Positions 61,701-64,000 of a DNA stretch of 64,000 bases are shown here, in pieces. A program made the position numbers and the translations under genes. The notes under the pieces were generated by a model. That model was not told the DNA's origin and ran no database searches. It was given only the letters and a program-made list of their open reading frames with translations. Positions within the stretch are counted from its first letter, which is position 1, and every line of letters begins with the position of its first letter. The stretch comes from Eutreptiella sp. 'Long Island Sound 2002' (Eukaryota; Protista; Euglenida), in the NCBI GenBank assembly GCA_964036045.1, contig OZ038378.1:24428001-24492000 (forward strand). Direction: 5' to 3'.

Positions 61701-64000
61701 CATCAAACACCATTGGATTCCTTTCTATGGTGCACCTGTTCGCATTCACAGTGACAAGGATCTTCGCTTCAAGGGAGACTATGGCTGGTACCGCAATGTA
61801 TTTGCCGCATTGGGTGTTGAAGTTTCTTTTTCACAACCTTATTGCCCTCAATCAAACGGACTATGCGAAAGAATGAATCATGAGCACCAAGAAGAGCTCC
61901 GTATCCTGAGGCAGAGTATCAAGACCAGCAATTGGGTCCGGTTGAACGACTACGTGGTCGTATGTATGAACCACAAGCAGAGAGGAAAATCTGGACATTC
62001 ACGAGGAGACATTTTCCATGAGACGCCTACACTACGTTTGGACCTACCCTTTCCACATGAAGGCAATGTTCAAGTACAAGACTGGCTCAAAGAACAAAAC
62101 AAAATTGCACAAGTAGTGCAAGCCCATTTGCGGAAAGGAAGAACGAGTCGGTTTGAGCGCAGCCATAGACGGAGGAAACCTGCAGTTTTCAACGTGGGCG
62201 ACTACGTACCCGTGAGCAGAAAGAGGTTCAAGCAATTGGAGGTACCTAAGGGTGCCGCGAAGGATGTCATGTGGTATGGTCCTTACCTTGGTGTTGGAGT
62301 CAGCAGTGCCGGCATTACGGTGCCTTGTAGCCCTACTTTGGGCGGAGAAGTACCCGTTGCCTTTGAGTTCGTGAAGCGCTTCCCATTTGAGCTGGTGGAT
62401 GACTATGATGTAGACACGATCGAAGAAGGAGACGCAGACATGCTGAATGACGATGAGCGAGCAGCGCCTGCCGATGAACAGGACATCGTGGGGAATGAGC
62501 AGGATATACCATGCTACAATAAGATGGAGATGGAGAGAATTGCAGCTTATCACGTGGAACAGATCTTGACAGGGCAATATCGGCAAGGCTCGCGCTTTTT
62601 GACGAAGTGGGAAGGCTATGGCACAAGCGAGAGCACTTGGGAACCAGTGCGTGCATTCGTGCATGATGATGGAAAGCTCAAACATGTTTTCCTGGATTAC
62701 TGTTTGGCACACGCACCTCGCTCTGACACAGCCCTACGGCAAGCTTGGCGGATCAGCAGCAACTTGAAGAAGAAGTCCATCACGGAGGAACCAAACGAAG
62801 ACACTGCCACGGACAACAGAGAACAAGGAGAGGTCAGTTGTAAGAAGATTTCACAGCAGCGCGGAGGCAAACGGCGACGTACAAAAGGACCTACAGTTGG
62901 TGGTATGGCAGAAGACTGGTTACCGTGAGTAAGTTCCAAGAGACTGAGGAGGAGAGAGTACCTTGAAGCTTTTTTCATGCCCTTATGCTTCCGCTGCCTC
63001 TCCAAGTTGAAAACCTGCAGACCTTCACTTCATTCTCCAACAACCATTGAAGTTTGTAAAATACTCAGAAAAGCAAAGTTTAAGGCATAGAAAGTCTTCC
63101 ACACCTTATTTGGTCTTTATTGGTCCACGTGGATATTTCGGAGGGACCGCCGGGCTTTCTGCGCGCTGAGTCGCCCGTCGCCAGAAAGGTCAGCAGAACA
63201 ATCTGGGGGCCAGAAAGAAAGGAGTTTGAAGATGTTTCAAGGTGAATTATTGAACAGTCTTTGAAGGCGGATATGACTGTTATAACAACACGTCCTGAAG
63301 TTACGACAAGTTCTGGAGGGAGTTGAGTTGGAGGGACCCAAGTATCAAGGAACCTGGGGCTTCTGGGGTTCCGAAAATCTTTAGGTTAATTCATGGTTGG
63401 CGAGTACTTTGAATATTACTTGGTTGTGGTTTTACTTCGTAGCACGTATGGTCAACTTGAAGCCAAGTTTTAGTAACTGCAAGTTGAGTCTTGGGGTTTT
63501 GGAGGGAGTTATGCCCAGGGCACCAACCTGAACTGAACCAGTGGTCTACACGTTGAGGCGAAAACGTAAAGTAACGCGTTAGAAGTCTGGACGCGCCGTT
63601 GTACACGTGCAGCGACAAGCTGAGTCCTCACGCCCTGGCATTTGTGTTATGACACGCTGATTCATGTGGCTGGATTGAGGCATCGTGGTACATTTATGAT
63701 GTGGGATCTTGAGCTCAAGTTCATATGCTGGAGTTTCAAGGCTGCGAGTGCAGGCCCCCAGCGACACATATGACCACCTGACAGCTGAGGTACTGGCCTC
63801 ATATCTAGGGAGCCTACTTCACTGTTTACATGGCTCAATTACTGTGTTCATCTGCCCAAATTGATTGGATTTGGTGACATTGATTGGGTCAAGCGCCTGG
63901 ATTAGAAGTGGATTTCCGACTACTTCAACTAGGAACTTCGTTCACACCTATGAGAGCGTACGAGGACGACACTTGACTATCCAGAGACCGTTTGAAGGAC

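Larger units (their letters stand above)
55503..62928 (+). mobile_element. Decayed Ty3/Gypsy chromovirus-like LTR retrotransposon: gag-PR-[N6-MTase]-RT-RH-IN-chromodomain
   Basis: Gag CCHC (CKHCRKTSHYSAHC); protease VLDTGAT; RT (MPFGLTNAPATFQ, VYTDD at 60172-60183); RNase H (ITDAS, YERELL); integrase (GHPG, CKEC, MDFI, IHSDK, PQSNGLCER); WYGPY; chromodomain YHVEQIL..FLTKWEGYGTSESTWEP. Several stops and frameshifts. Paired LTRs are not visible in the window. Confidence 0.93.

Overview
Eukaryotic, transposon-saturated genomic DNA with GT-AG introns and no prokaryotic operon or CRISPR structure. I infer a photosynthetic euglenid (euglenophyte) from a tripartite plastid-type presequence and TTAGGG-type repeats. 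Two host-like genes are supported by hand-spliced open frames: a proline-rich, minus-strand multi-exon gene (679-2530) whose introns share a conserved internal motif, and a PTC7-family PP2C phosphatase spread over 8 exons and about 23 kb (13098-36230). The rest is mostly mobile DNA. It includes a truncated MULE-clan (DHTFK/DxxH) transposase, a decayed pogo element, a two-gene Transib/RAG1-fold transposon remnant, and a complete 7.4 kb MULE (9-bp TSD) carrying Ulp1 protease, SH3-like and Tudor-like domains. A non-autonomous hAT (8-bp TSD) is nested inside that MULE. The most striking feature is a decayed chromodomain-bearing Ty3/Gypsy retrotransposon whose pol has an N6-adenine DNA methyltransferase-like domain (NPPW) between protease and RT. 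All protein assignments come from motif recognition by eye; no database search was run.
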